Positions 51,275 to 61,537 are shown, numbered from the stretch's first letter. The stretch is DNA of 64,000 nucleotides from an uncultured Aliarcobacter sp. (GCA_963664305.2 CAXXLV010000002.1:128001-192000), one strand, 5' to 3'. Program-made: numbers and translations. Notes: a model not told the origin generated them from the sequence alone.

Positions 51275-54200
51275 ATGAAAAAAGCTCTTTTTTTACTACT
51301 AATATTTCCTCTTTTTTTAATGGCAAATTTCAAAGATTCATTAACAAAGGAAGAAAAAACTTGGCTTGATAATCAAAAGGTTATAACAGTTGGAGCAATG
51401 GATAATTGGGAACCTATTAATTTTGTTGATTATAAAAATCAGCCTTCAGGAATAGGAGCTTCAATTGTAGAAATCTTAAATAAAAAATTAGATAATAAAC
51501 TACAAATTGTCTCTTCTTCTTGGAGTAATATTTATGAAAAAGCAAAAGCTGGAGAGTTAAATGCTATTTTAGATATAACGCCAAAAAAAGAAAGAGAAGA
51601 GTTTTTTTTATTTACAAAAGCATATTTACAAATTCCACATGTGATAGTTTCAAGTTCTCAACAACAGCCCTTTTCATCTTTAGCTGATTTAAATGGAAAA
51701 GTTGTTGCCCTTGAAAAAGGAATTGGTACTATTATTGATTTAGAAAAAAACTTTCCTAATATAAAAATAAAAACTTTTGAAAATACAACTTTTGCTTTAG
51801 ATGCAGTTTCTAGGGGAGTTGCAGATGCTTATATTGGAAATAGAGCAGTTGTAGATTATAAAATAAGAAATGAACTTTTAACTAATGTAAAAGTCGATAA
51901 TATTGATATTACAAGAAAACCAACACTTCTTACAATAGGTATTTCAAAGCAATATCCATTGTTAGCTTCTATTTTACAAAAAGCTATGGATGATATTCCA
52001 CTTGAAGAAATAAATAAAATCTATTCAAAATGGTCAAAAGAAAAAATTATTGATATTGGTTTAACTAAAGAAGAAAAAGATTATCTAACACAAAAAAGAA
52101 AACTTCGATTTGTAACTTCAAATGATAGTTGGGCTCCATATTTATTTATGGACAATAACAATAATATAAATGGTTTAGAAATAGATTTTTTTAATCTTTT
52201 AGAATCAAGAATTAGAGTTCCAATTGAACTTGAATATAAAGTTTGGAGTGAAGCTTTAGAAGATGCTAGAGAACATAAATATGATGGTGTTTTCCCAGCA
52301 ACTCCAACAACAGAACGAAAAAAAGATTTACTTTTTTCAAATCCTTATTATATTTCATCAATTGCAATAGTTACAAATAATAATCTAAAAGAGTTCAATG
52401 AAAACAATTTTTCAGGGAAAAAAATAGCACTTTTTAAAGATAGTTTTGTAAAAGATTTTATAAAACAAAGAATAAAAAATGTAAAAATCATTGAAATAGA
52501 AGGCGGAATAAAAGAGCTTTTAAATAAATTAAAAAGCGGTGAGGTTGATGCAATTGCAGATTATACAGCAGCTTTAAATTTTGGTATAAAAGAGAATAAC
52601 CTTGAAGATAAAATGAAAATCTCAAAAGTTTTCACTTCTGATGATTTAACTGGTTCTAATTATGGAACAACAAATAAAGAGCCTTTATTAAACTCTATTA
52701 TAAATAAAGCAATAAATTCTTTTACAAAAGAGGAAATTGAAGCTATTAAAAACAGATGGGAGGGAACATTACCTGCTGTTTTGAAAAAGAGTGAAAAACT
52801 CGTTTTTTTAACAAAAGAAGAAGAGTTATGGTTAAAAGAGCATCCCGTTATAAAATATGCAGGTGATCCAAATTATATGCCTTTTGAATCTTTTGATTTT
52901 AATGGAAATTATATTGGTATAGTTGCAAATCATTTAGATTTTATAGAAGAAAATCTTGGAATAAAATTTGAGATTTTGAAAACAAATTCTTGGGTAGAGA
53001 CTTTAGATTTTGCAAAAACAAATAAAGTTGATATGTTTTCAAATTATGTTGGAGTTGAAGATTTTAGTGATACACATATAACTGTTCCAATGGATATTGA
53101 AAGTCCAATTGTTGTGGTTGGAAAAAGGGATAGCAATCAAGATTTTATTTTTTCAATTTCTCAATTAAAAGGTAAAAAAATTGCTGTAATTAAAGATTAT
53201 TTTTATTTAAAAGAGATTTATAAAGAGTTTCCCAATCTAAATTATATAGAAGTTGAAAATGCAGAAGTAGCTTTAAATGGTGTTTCATTAGGAATTTATG
53301 ATGTTGCACTTTGTTCTTTACCTGTTGCTACATATAATATAAATCAAGGTTTATCAAATATAGAGATTATTGGAAAAACTGATAACTATATGCAACTAGG
53401 GTTTTCAATTAGAAAAGATTATGAAATCCTTTCAAAAATTATAGAAAAAGTTTTGATTTATCAAAATAATAATGAATTTAATGAAGTTATAAAAAATTGG
53501 CAAAATGTTACAAAAAAAAGAGATCTAAATTGGGATACTATTTTTAAAGTATTAATTATTATATTTCTTATGATTTTGTTTTTATTATTATGGAACTATC
53601 AACTTAAAAAACAAGTTAATAAAAAAACTTATGAATTATCTAAATTATTGAAATTTTTTGATGAAAATGTAATTGCTTCAAGAACTGATTTAGAGGGAAA
53701 TATTACTTATGTAAGTGATGCTTTCTGCAAAATTAGTGGAAATAGTAGAGAGTTTATGCTTGGTAAAAATCATAGAATTGGAAAACACCCAGATAATGAC
53801 CCCCAAATATATAAAGATATGTGGCAAACAATCATAGATGGTAAAACATGGAAAGGTAGAATAAAAAACAAAACTAAAGATGGGGGTTACTATTGGGTTG
53901 ATAGTATTATCGAACAAGAAAAAGATAATGATGGAAATGTAATAGGTTATTTATCTATAAGACATGATGTTACCGCTCAAGTTGAATTGGAAAAATTAAG
54001 TACAAATCTTGAAAATATTATAAAAGAGAGAACAGCTGAATTATATGAAATGAATCAAAAACAAAAAGCTATTTTTGATACGGCAAGTATTGGTATAGTT
54101 TTATTAAAAAATAGAATAATAAGTGAATTAAATGACAAAATTTGTAATATTTTTGGTTATGAATATGATGAACTTTTAAATCAATCAACTAGAATCTTTT

Positions 54201-56638
54201 ATTTAAATGATGAAGATTATAACAATGTAAGAGAAGAATATGAGAATTTAAAAGAGCATAAAGTTGTAACTTGGGAACAAAAATTTGCAAGAAGAAATGG
54301 TAGTGATTTTTGGGCGAGAATAAGTATGCAAGCAGTTGATTTTATGGATTTAGATAAGGGAACAGTTGCAATTATTGATGATATTACTTTAGAGAAAAAA
54401 GCTTTAGAAGATATCAAAAAAGCAAAAGAGTTAGCAGAAGAATCAACAAAATCAAAAAGTGAATTTTTGGCAAATATGAGCCATGAAATAAGAACTCCAA
54501 TGAATGCAATAATTGGTATGGCATATCTTGCATTACAAACTTCTTTAGATGAACAACAAAAAAACTATATTCAAAAAATAGATAAAGCCTCTAAAAATCT
54601 TTTAGGAATTATAAATGATATTTTAGATTTTTCAAAAATTGAAGCTGGAAAAATGCATTTTGAAAAAATAGATTTTTCACTTGATGATATTTTGTCAAAT
54701 ATTTCAAGTCTATTTACATTTCAAACACAAGAAAAAGGTTTAGAACTTCTATTTGATATTGATACAACTTTACCACTTGCTCTAAGAGGTGATGCTCTAA
54801 GATTAAATCAAGTTTTAACAAATCTTTTAAGTAATGCTATTAAATTTACTTCAAAAGGTGAAATTATATTAAGTATTAAACAACTATCAAGAAATGATAA
54901 TGAGGTTGAAATAAGATTTGATGTAAAAGATTCAGGTATTGGAATCTCTGATGAACAAAAGGCAAAATTATTTAATTCATTCTCTCAAGCTGATAACTCA
55001 ACAACAAGAAAATATGGAGGAACAGGTTTAGGTCTTGCCATTTCAAAACAGATTGTTGAACTAATGGGTGGAAGTGTTGGTTTAGAGAGTAAAGTTGGTG
55101 TTGGAAGTGATTTTTATTTTATTTTAAAATTTGATTTACAAGAGAAACAAAAAAATTTAGATTTATTGGGAGATGAAATTAATAGTTTAAAAGTTTTAAT
55201 TGTTGATGATAATGCTTCTTCAAGAGAAATACTAGAAAATATTATCAAATCACTTAAATTTGAGGTAAAAGCTCTATGTTGTGGGAAAGAGTCTTTGATT
55301 GAATTGAAAGATGCATATTCAAAAAATGAACCTTATAATTTGGTTTTAATGGATTGGAAAATGCCTGATTTAGATGGTGTTGAAACAATAAACAGAATTA
55401 ATGAAGAGATAAAAGAAATACCAGCTTTTATAATGGTTACTGCTTATGATAAAGATGAACTTATGGAAAAAGCAAAAGAGGTAAAAATATTAGGTTTCCT
55501 TGAAAAGCCAATTAGCCCATCAACACTATATGACACTATTCTTAAATCTTTTGGAAAAGAGATAGTTCAAAGTTCTACTAAAGAGATTAGACAAGACATC
55601 CATTTTGATGAGGTAAAAGCTTTAGTTAACGGGGCAAAAATTCTTCTAGTTGAAGATAACATTCAAAATCAAGAGATAGCAACAGAGTTTTTAAATAAAG
55701 CAAATATAAATATAGTTATTGCAAATAATGGAAAAGAAGCAGTTGATATTTTAAATGAAAATGAAGAGTTTGATGCTGTTTTAATGGATTGCCAAATGCC
55801 AATTATGAATGGTTATGAAGCTACAGAACATATAAGAGAAATAGAAAAATTTGCAAATTTACCAATTATTGCCATGACTGCAAATGCAATGGAAGGTGAT
55901 AAAGAAAAATGTATTAGTGTTGGAATGAACGATTATATCTCTAAACCTTTGGATTTTAATAAATTCTATGAGACTTTAGGAAAATGGATTAAAGTGAAAA
56001 ATCCTATAAAACAAAGAGTTCAAGAAAAAAATGAAGTTGAAGATATAAATATCGATAACTTAAAAATAGAAGGCATTGATATAAACGAAGCATTAGCAAG
56101 AATGGCTGGAAATAAAAAATTATTTTTAACTCAATTGGAAAGATTTGTTAAATCTCAAGAGGATTTTAAAACTAAAATAGTGGTTAAAGATTTAGAAGTA
56201 GCCATACGAGAAGCTCATACTTTAAAAGGTCTTTGTGGAAATATTGGAGCAAATAGTATATTTACTAAAGCAAAAGAGCTTGAATATCATTTAAAAGAGA
56301 AAGGTTTTGATAATAATAGTTTTCTTTTAATTCAAATTTTAAATGAAGAATTAGAAAAGTTAATTATAAAAATAAAAGAACAACTAAATAATTTTAATTT
56401 AGAAAAAGAAAATGTGAGTTTGGATAATTTAGAAATAGATAAAGAAAAAGTATCTAAATTGATAAATGAACTTCAAAATCTTTTAGATGAACTTGATTCA
56501 GATGCGATTATAAAAGCTAATGAGTTAAAAAATGAGTTATCAAAAACTTTCCATGATGAAAAGCTTGATAGATTAATGAGTAGTATAAATAATTTTGATT
56601 TTGATAAAGCTAGTGAAATTTTACAAACTATAAAATAA
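51275..56638 (+). CDS. Hybrid sensor kinase: 3x PBPb, TM, 2x PAS, HisKA, HATPase, 2x REC, HPt
   Basis: Three LTKEE-initiated PBPb domains, MSHEIRTPMN, GGTGLGL, MDWKMP, MDCQMP, AHTLKG. Confidence 0.95.
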   Translation: MKKALFLLLIFPLFLMANFKDSLTKEEKTWLDNQKVITVGAMDNWEPINFVDYKNQPSGIGASIVEILNKKLDNKLQIVSSSWSNIYEKAKAGELNAILDITPKKEREEFFLFTKAYLQIPHVIVSSSQQQPFSSLADLNGKVVALEKGIGTIIDLEKNFPNIKIKTFENTTFALDAVSRGVADAYIGNRAVVDYKIRNELLTNVKVDNIDITRKPTLLTIGISKQYPLLASILQKAMDDIPLEEINKIYSKWSKEKIIDIGLTKEEKDYLTQKRKLRFVTSNDSWAPYLFMDNNNNINGLEIDFFNLLESRIRVPIELEYKVWSEALEDAREHKYDGVFPATPTTERKKDLLFSNPYYISSIAIVTNNNLKEFNENNFSGKKIALFKDSFVKDFIKQRIKNVKIIEIEGGIKELLNKLKSGEVDAIADYTAALNFGIKENNLEDKMKISKVFTSDDLTGSNYGTTNKEPLLNSIINKAINSFTKEEIEAIKNRWEGTLPAVLKKSEKLVFLTKEEELWLKEHPVIKYAGDPNYMPFESFDFNGNYIGIVANHLDFIEENLGIKFEILKTNSWVETLDFAKTNKVDMFSNYVGVEDFSDTHITVPMDIESPIVVVGKRDSNQDFIFSISQLKGKKIAVIKDYFYLKEIYKEFPNLNYIEVENAEVALNGVSLGIYDVALCSLPVATYNINQGLSNIEIIGKTDNYMQLGFSIRKDYEILSKIIEKVLIYQNNNEFNEVIKNWQNVTKKRDLNWDTIFKVLIIIFLMILFLLLWNYQLKKQVNKKTYELSKLLKFFDENVIASRTDLEGNITYVSDAFCKISGNSREFMLGKNHRIGKHPDNDPQIYKDMWQTIIDGKTWKGRIKNKTKDGGYYWVDSIIEQEKDNDGNVIGYLSIRHDVTAQVELEKLSTNLENIIKERTAELYEMNQKQKAIFDTASIGIVLLKNRIISELNDKICNIFGYEYDELLNQSTRIFYLNDEDYNNVREEYENLKEHKVVTWEQKFARRNGSDFWARISMQAVDFMDLDKGTVAIIDDITLEKKALEDIKKAKELAEESTKSKSEFLANMSHEIRTPMNAIIGMAYLALQTSLDEQQKNYIQKIDKASKNLLGIINDILDFSKIEAGKMHFEKIDFSLDDILSNISSLFTFQTQEKGLELLFDIDTTLPLALRGDALRLNQVLTNLLSNAIKFTSKGEIILSIKQLSRNDNEVEIRFDVKDSGIGISDEQKAKLFNSFSQADNSTTRKYGGTGLGLAISKQIVELMGGSVGLESKVGVGSDFYFILKFDLQEKQKNLDLLGDEINSLKVLIVDDNASSREILENIIKSLKFEVKALCCGKESLIELKDAYSKNEPYNLVLMDWKMPDLDGVETINRINEEIKEIPAFIMVTAYDKDELMEKAKEVKILGFLEKPISPSTLYDTILKSFGKEIVQSSTKEIRQDIHFDEVKALVNGAKILLVEDNIQNQEIATEFLNKANINIVIANNGKEAVDILNENEEFDAVLMDCQMPIMNGYEATEHIREIEKFANLPIIAMTANAMEGDKEKCISVGMNDYISKPLDFNKFYETLGKWIKVKNPIKQRVQEKNEVEDINIDNLKIEGIDINEALARMAGNKKLFLTQLERFVKSQEDFKTKIVVKDLEVAIREAHTLKGLCGNIGANSIFTKAKELEYHLKEKGFDNNSFLLIQILNEELEKLIIKIKEQLNNFNLEKENVSLDNLEIDKEKVSKLINELQNLLDELDSDAIIKANELKNELSKTFHDEKLDRLMSSINNFDFDKASEILQTIK

Positions 56639-56659
56639 GAGAAATTCTCTTATTTTATA
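56629..56659. terminator. Bidirectional terminator between the kinase and ciaB
   Basis: TATAAAATAAGAGAA-A-TTCTCTTATTTTATA contains both stop codons. Confidence 0.75.
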
Positions 56660-58533
56660 TAGTTCTCTTTTTTGTCAACTGTGTCTAATTCTTGACCAAT
56701 CTCTTGATATCTTTTGAAATAGTATTTTACAAAAGAGTTTATAGTTTCATTACTTGGCATAAAATATTTCTCTTTTTTTGTTGCATAGTTATTTAAAAAT
56801 TTCGTTGCATCAAGTTTGTCTAAATAGTGTTTTGCTAAATCTGTGTAATTTTTGATATACCAAGTTTTTAAAACTTCAAATTTTGCATCACTTATATCTA
56901 TATTTAATTTTTTATTTTCATCATCCCAAGATAAAACACCACTATCAAAAAGTCCATTTAAGTGGATTAATCCTTCACAATAGTATGGTTGAACTTCATC
57001 AACTTCCATCCAACCAATAAGTCCAACACTTCTTTTAACAAGGTCTATTAAAACTTGCTCTTTTAAATGTAACTCGTCAGTATCCTCATCTAATAGGTAT
57101 GATATTAATCCACCTGTTGTTGCTTTGAACTCTTCAATGTTTTTAAAGTTTCCAGTTTTATTCATAACTGATTCAGTTTCATCATCACACCATAAAATAT
57201 GTCCATATTCATGTCCAACTGTACTTATATCATAAACTTGATGCCAAGATGTTGTTTCATTAAATAAGAACATTCTATCACGAGTAAGAAGTTCTTGCCC
57301 AAATATCTCTCTACTTAGTTTTAAAAATGGTTTAGCCCTGCTTGTTTGTAAAATCTCATCACTAAATGCAAAGATTTTTTTACCTTCTTCTAAAGATACA
57401 ACTTCATCATTTGGTACAACTTGTGCTGAAAATAGTCCATTGAACTCTGCTCCAAAGAATAGGGCTGGTCGACCCACATAAAGTTGAACTTTATCAAGTG
57501 ATTTGAAAGAAAAATCATAGATTTTTTTGTAACTTTCATTTGGTTCAAAACTATTAAAGATTTTAGAAAAAGCTGATTTTATTTTATTTACTCTATGGTC
57601 ATTTTGTGCAAATTTTGGATTTGTAAGTCTTATATCCCATTCAAGTGCAACAGCTTTTCTAAAGTGGTCTTCGTAGTATTCAAGTGGATGTCCGATTTGA
57701 ATTGGAGTTTTTATTTTCATCCAAGCTCTATCTACATCTGCCCATTTTGAAACTAATTCATTTATTCTATCTTCACTAAATGCTTTGATTAGTGCTTGAA
57801 TATATAAAACATAATCCCATTTTTGATTATAGATTTCATCTTCAAGTTCGATTAGTTTATCTGCAAATTCTTCAAGTGCATCCACAACTTCCGTTGTTTC
57901 TTTTTTGAAAGCTTTTATATATGCTTTTGAAGTGTATTTATCGCCATCTTTTACTAAAGCTGAATAACATCTATCAGCAGTAATTCCTCCATGTCCTAAA
58001 TCAAAAAGTTTTTCATCTTCAAGATATTTCATAATCTTTGCTTCATCACCTTCAAATTTGGCAACTAACTCTTTATTTATTCCATTTATAATATGCGCTG
58101 TCCAAGAAGTTTGCCATGCGCTCATTTGAAGTCCTACGTTATAAACTCCAATAAATACTTCCCTATAAAAAGGTGTTAAAAGTTTGTTTTCAACTATAAA
58201 ATCAATAAATTTTGTATGAATATCGTGCCAATACTCTTTTACAAATTGATAAGCTTTTTCTTGTAAAGAGATAATCTCTTTTTCATTTTTTTCAAGTTTT
58301 TTTAGAACTTGAACTAAACTATCATCTCTTAAATTTACAAGTCTTGTAACAAGTGCAAATCTTAAATCATCTTTCATTTCAAGATTTAAAGATTTTGCAA
58401 AATCATCAATTAATCCTAGTTTATCAAACTCTTTATTTTCTAAAAATTTTATTAGTTCATTTGTTTTTGTTTTTTGGTCATTTAAAAAATCATATATTTT
58501 TTGTAAGTCGTTTAGAAATTGCTCTTTTGTCAT
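56650..58533 (-). CDS. ciaB: CiaB (Campylobacter invasion antigen B) family protein
   Basis: GHPLEYYEDHFRKAVALEWDIR, GLFSAQVVPNDE, GHEYGH, NIEEFKATTGG; 627 aa. Confidence 0.85.
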   Translation of the reverse strand: MTKEQFLNDLQKIYDFLNDQKTKTNELIKFLENKEFDKLGLIDDFAKSLNLEMKDDLRFALVTRLVNLRDDSLVQVLKKLEKNEKEIISLQEKAYQFVKEYWHDIHTKFIDFIVENKLLTPFYREVFIGVYNVGLQMSAWQTSWTAHIINGINKELVAKFEGDEAKIMKYLEDEKLFDLGHGGITADRCYSALVKDGDKYTSKAYIKAFKKETTEVVDALEEFADKLIELEDEIYNQKWDYVLYIQALIKAFSEDRINELVSKWADVDRAWMKIKTPIQIGHPLEYYEDHFRKAVALEWDIRLTNPKFAQNDHRVNKIKSAFSKIFNSFEPNESYKKIYDFSFKSLDKVQLYVGRPALFFGAEFNGLFSAQVVPNDEVVSLEEGKKIFAFSDEILQTSRAKPFLKLSREIFGQELLTRDRMFLFNETTSWHQVYDISTVGHEYGHILWCDDETESVMNKTGNFKNIEEFKATTGGLISYLLDEDTDELHLKEQVLIDLVKRSVGLIGWMEVDEVQPYYCEGLIHLNGLFDSGVLSWDDENKKLNIDISDAKFEVLKTWYIKNYTDLAKHYLDKLDATKFLNNYATKKEKYFMPSNETINSFVKYYFKRYQEIGQELDTVDKKENYIK

Positions 58534-58616
58534 ATAAAATCCTCTTTTTTTCTGAAAAATTATTTTAGCAAATTATATTAATAGGAATGATTAATAAATA
58601 GAATAAATTATAAACA

Positions 58617-58643
58617 TTAGCACTCAAATATAAAAAGTGCTAA
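58617..58643. promoter_or_regulatory. CIRCE element (HrcA operator)
   Basis: TTAGCACTC-N9-AAGTGCTAA, one mismatch to TTAGCACTC-N9-GAGTGCTAA, upstream of htpG. Confidence 0.9.
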
Positions 58644-58727
58644 AATTTATAAAAACTTTAGCTAACTTTTATAAAGTTGCGATAAAATTATCTTCTAAAA
58701 ATCAAAAAATTTATAGGAGAAATTAGT

Positions 58728-60638
58728 ATGGCAAAACATCAATTTCAAACAGAAGTAGGACAATTATTACATTTAATGACACACTCTTTATACTCAAATA
58801 AAGAGATTTTTATAAGAGAACTTGTATCAAATGCAAGTGATGCTATTGATAAATTAAACTATTTAAGATTAACTGATGAAAATTTAAAAGATAAATATGC
58901 GCAGTGGAAAGGTGAGATTAATATCTCTTTTGATGAAAAAGATAAATCTTTAACTATTTCAGACAATGGTATTGGTATGAACAATGAAGATTTAATCGCT
59001 TCTATTGGTACTATTGCAAAATCTGGAACAAAATCATTTATTGAAAATTTAACTGGTGATGCTAAAAAAGATTCAAATTTAATCGGTCAATTTGGGGTTG
59101 GATTCTATTCAGTATTTATGGTTGCATCAAATGTTGATGTAATTACTAAAAAAGCTGGAGAAGATAAAGCTTACAAATGGTCATCAAATGGTAGTGGTGA
59201 ATTTGATTTAGGTGAATGCGTAAAAGGTGATTCTGGAACAGTTATTTACATCAAATTAAAAGATGAAGAAGCTGAAGAGTTTGCAAGTAAATATAGAATT
59301 AAAAATATTGTTGAAAAATATTCAAACCATATTGCTTATCCAATTTTCTTAAACTATAACGAAGAAGTAACTGTTGAACAAAGTGAAGAGGATAAAAAAG
59401 CTGGAAAAGAAGCTGAGAAAAAAACTGAAAGAAAACATGAACAAATCAATGCTGCAACTGCTCTTTGGATGCAACCAAAAGCTAAATTAACTGAGCAAGA
59501 TTATAATGATTTTTATAAATCAATCTCTCATGATAGTTCAGACCCAATGCTTACAATTCATACAAAAGCAGAAGGTGTTAGTGAATATACGACATTATTT
59601 TATATTCCAAAAACTGCACCTATGGATATGTATAGAGCAGATTTCCAAAGTGGTGTTAAACTATATGTTAAAAGAGTATTTATCACTGATGATGAAAAAG
59701 AGTTATTACCAACATATTTAAGATTTGTTAGAGGAATTATTGATAGTGAAGATTTACCACTAAATGTTAGTAGAGAAATTTTACAAGAAAATAGAATCTT
59801 AGCAAACATCAAACAATCAAGTGTTAAAAAGATTTTAAGTGAGATTAAAAAACTATCTAAAGATGAAGAAAAATATGCTGAATTTGTAGCTCAATATATA
59901 AGACCTTTAAAAGAGGGTGTATATCAAGATTATACAAATAAAGAAGCAATTTTAGAACTATTAAGATACAAATCAACAAAAACTGAAGCTTCTAAAATGA
60001 CTTCGTTAGAAGATTATAAGCAAAGAGCTAATACTGAGCAAAAAGCTATCTATTACATCATTGGAGAAAATGAAAAAGTATTAAAAAATTCTCCACTTTT
60101 AGAGTCATATAAGAAAAATGATATTGAAGTTTTAATCTTAGATGATAAAGAAATAGATGAGATTATAACTCCTGCAATTGGTGCATATAAAGAGTGGGAA
60201 TTTAAAGATATCACAGCTTGTGAGCCTCCAAAAGTAGAGCAATCTGAAGAAGAGAAAAAAGAAGTTGAAGAGAAATTCCAAGATATCACTAAAAAAATCA
60301 AAGATAAATTAGGTGATGCAGTTAAAGATGTAAAAGTTACTTCAAGACTTTCTGAATCTCCATCTTGTGTTGTAAAAGATGCAGCAGACGCTCAAATGGC
60401 AGCAATGGCTCATATGTTTAGAGCAATGGGACAAGCTATGCCAGAATCAGCTCCTATTTTAGAAATCAATCCAGACCATGAAATCGTGAAAAAATTGAAT
60501 GGTTGCCCAGATGAATCTACAATCGAAGATGTTTCTTGGATTTTATTAGACCAAGCAAAATTAAGTGAAGGTATGGAAATTACAGATACTGTGGCTTTCG
60601 CGCAAAGACTATCTAGAATTACTGCAAAAGCTCTTTAA
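58728..60638 (+). CDS. htpG: Chaperone HtpG (Hsp90)
   Basis: YSNKEIFIRELVSNASDA, IGQFGVGFYS, DSEDLPLNVSREILQ, ILEINPDH. Confidence 0.99.
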   Translation: MAKHQFQTEVGQLLHLMTHSLYSNKEIFIRELVSNASDAIDKLNYLRLTDENLKDKYAQWKGEINISFDEKDKSLTISDNGIGMNNEDLIASIGTIAKSGTKSFIENLTGDAKKDSNLIGQFGVGFYSVFMVASNVDVITKKAGEDKAYKWSSNGSGEFDLGECVKGDSGTVIYIKLKDEEAEEFASKYRIKNIVEKYSNHIAYPIFLNYNEEVTVEQSEEDKKAGKEAEKKTERKHEQINAATALWMQPKAKLTEQDYNDFYKSISHDSSDPMLTIHTKAEGVSEYTTLFYIPKTAPMDMYRADFQSGVKLYVKRVFITDDEKELLPTYLRFVRGIIDSEDLPLNVSREILQENRILANIKQSSVKKILSEIKKLSKDEEKYAEFVAQYIRPLKEGVYQDYTNKEAILELLRYKSTKTEASKMTSLEDYKQRANTEQKAIYYIIGENEKVLKNSPLLESYKKNDIEVLILDDKEIDEIITPAIGAYKEWEFKDITACEPPKVEQSEEEKKEVEEKFQDITKKIKDKLGDAVKDVKVTSRLSESPSCVVKDAADAQMAAMAHMFRAMGQAMPESAPILEINPDHEIVKKLNGCPDESTIEDVSWILLDQAKLSEGMEITDTVAFAQRLSRITAKAL

Positions 60639-60759
60639 AAGAGCTATTTGCATAAATCTTCTGCGTTGGATAAAGTTTTTAACTCAATCACATACTATTT
60701 GTATGCTCAATCGTTAAAAACTTTATCTGCCTTGAATCTTCATACAACAAACTCTTTTA
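60636..60759. repeat. ERIC/IRU-like miniature inverted-repeat element (124 bp)
   Basis: TAAAAGAG...CTCTTTTA termini, perfect 15-bp inner inverted repeat (60669-83/60713-27), core CAATCACATACTATTTGTATGCTC, flanking CTGCGTTGG and GCCTTG. Confidence 0.75.
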
Positions 60760-60945
60760 TAAATTTAAAGGAAAAATTTGAATTTAAAAGATTTTAATAC
60801 TGATAAATATATTGTTCACTATACTAAATTTGCAAATAATTAAAATAAATATATATTTTCTTCACAATTTCTTACTACTATCCTTGAATAAAAAAAATTA
60901 TTATGTTAAAGTACATTTCTTAAGATTAAATAAAAGGTAACCAAA

Positions 60946-61521
60946 ATGGGTATGGTAAAAGATGCTTTAAAATCACTTTTCAAAACAATCACAATATTAT
61001 CACGTCCATATTTTAGTCTTGAAGAAAATGAATTAAAATTCAAAGTGGATACTGACACTTTTTTTAAATTCCCAATTACAAATGTAGAAACAAAAACAAG
61101 ATATGATTCTTATATTTTCGAAGCTTATACATTGTGTGCAGATAGTATTTATGTTGAGTATATACATACTGATGCTGATGTGGCTTGGAATGGGCAAGCT
61201 TTAGGATATTTTATCTCTTTATTAAAAGATAAAATTGAAGCTAAAAACATGGAATTATTAGAAAAGTATGAGTTTAATCACTATGAGTTTTTGACATATA
61301 AAATTGATGATAGTTATATCTTAAATATCATATACATATATGAAGTGACAAAAGATATTTTTATAGTTGACAAAAAATCTGAACTTTATGAAAATTTATT
61401 AAAAAATTTTAAAAAAGATTATGAATATAAATTTGAAAAAAATGAAGATGTAACTTTAGATATCAATGTTAGTTTAGTAAAAAACAATGCTATGAATAGC
61501 TACTTTAATATTTCAAACTAA
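60946..61521 (+). CDS. Hypothetical protein
   Basis: 191-aa ORF with AAGG SD; no motif recognised. Confidence 0.75.
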   Translation: MGMVKDALKSLFKTITILSRPYFSLEENELKFKVDTDTFFKFPITNVETKTRYDSYIFEAYTLCADSIYVEYIHTDADVAWNGQALGYFISLLKDKIEAKNMELLEKYEFNHYEFLTYKIDDSYILNIIYIYEVTKDIFIVDKKSELYENLLKNFKKDYEYKFEKNEDVTLDINVSLVKNNAMNSYFNISN

Positions 61522-61537
61522 GAGAAAATCTCTTAGT
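61517..61537. terminator. Bidirectional terminator-like hairpin
   Basis: ACTAAGAGA-AAA-TCTCTTAGT between convergent genes. Confidence 0.6.
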
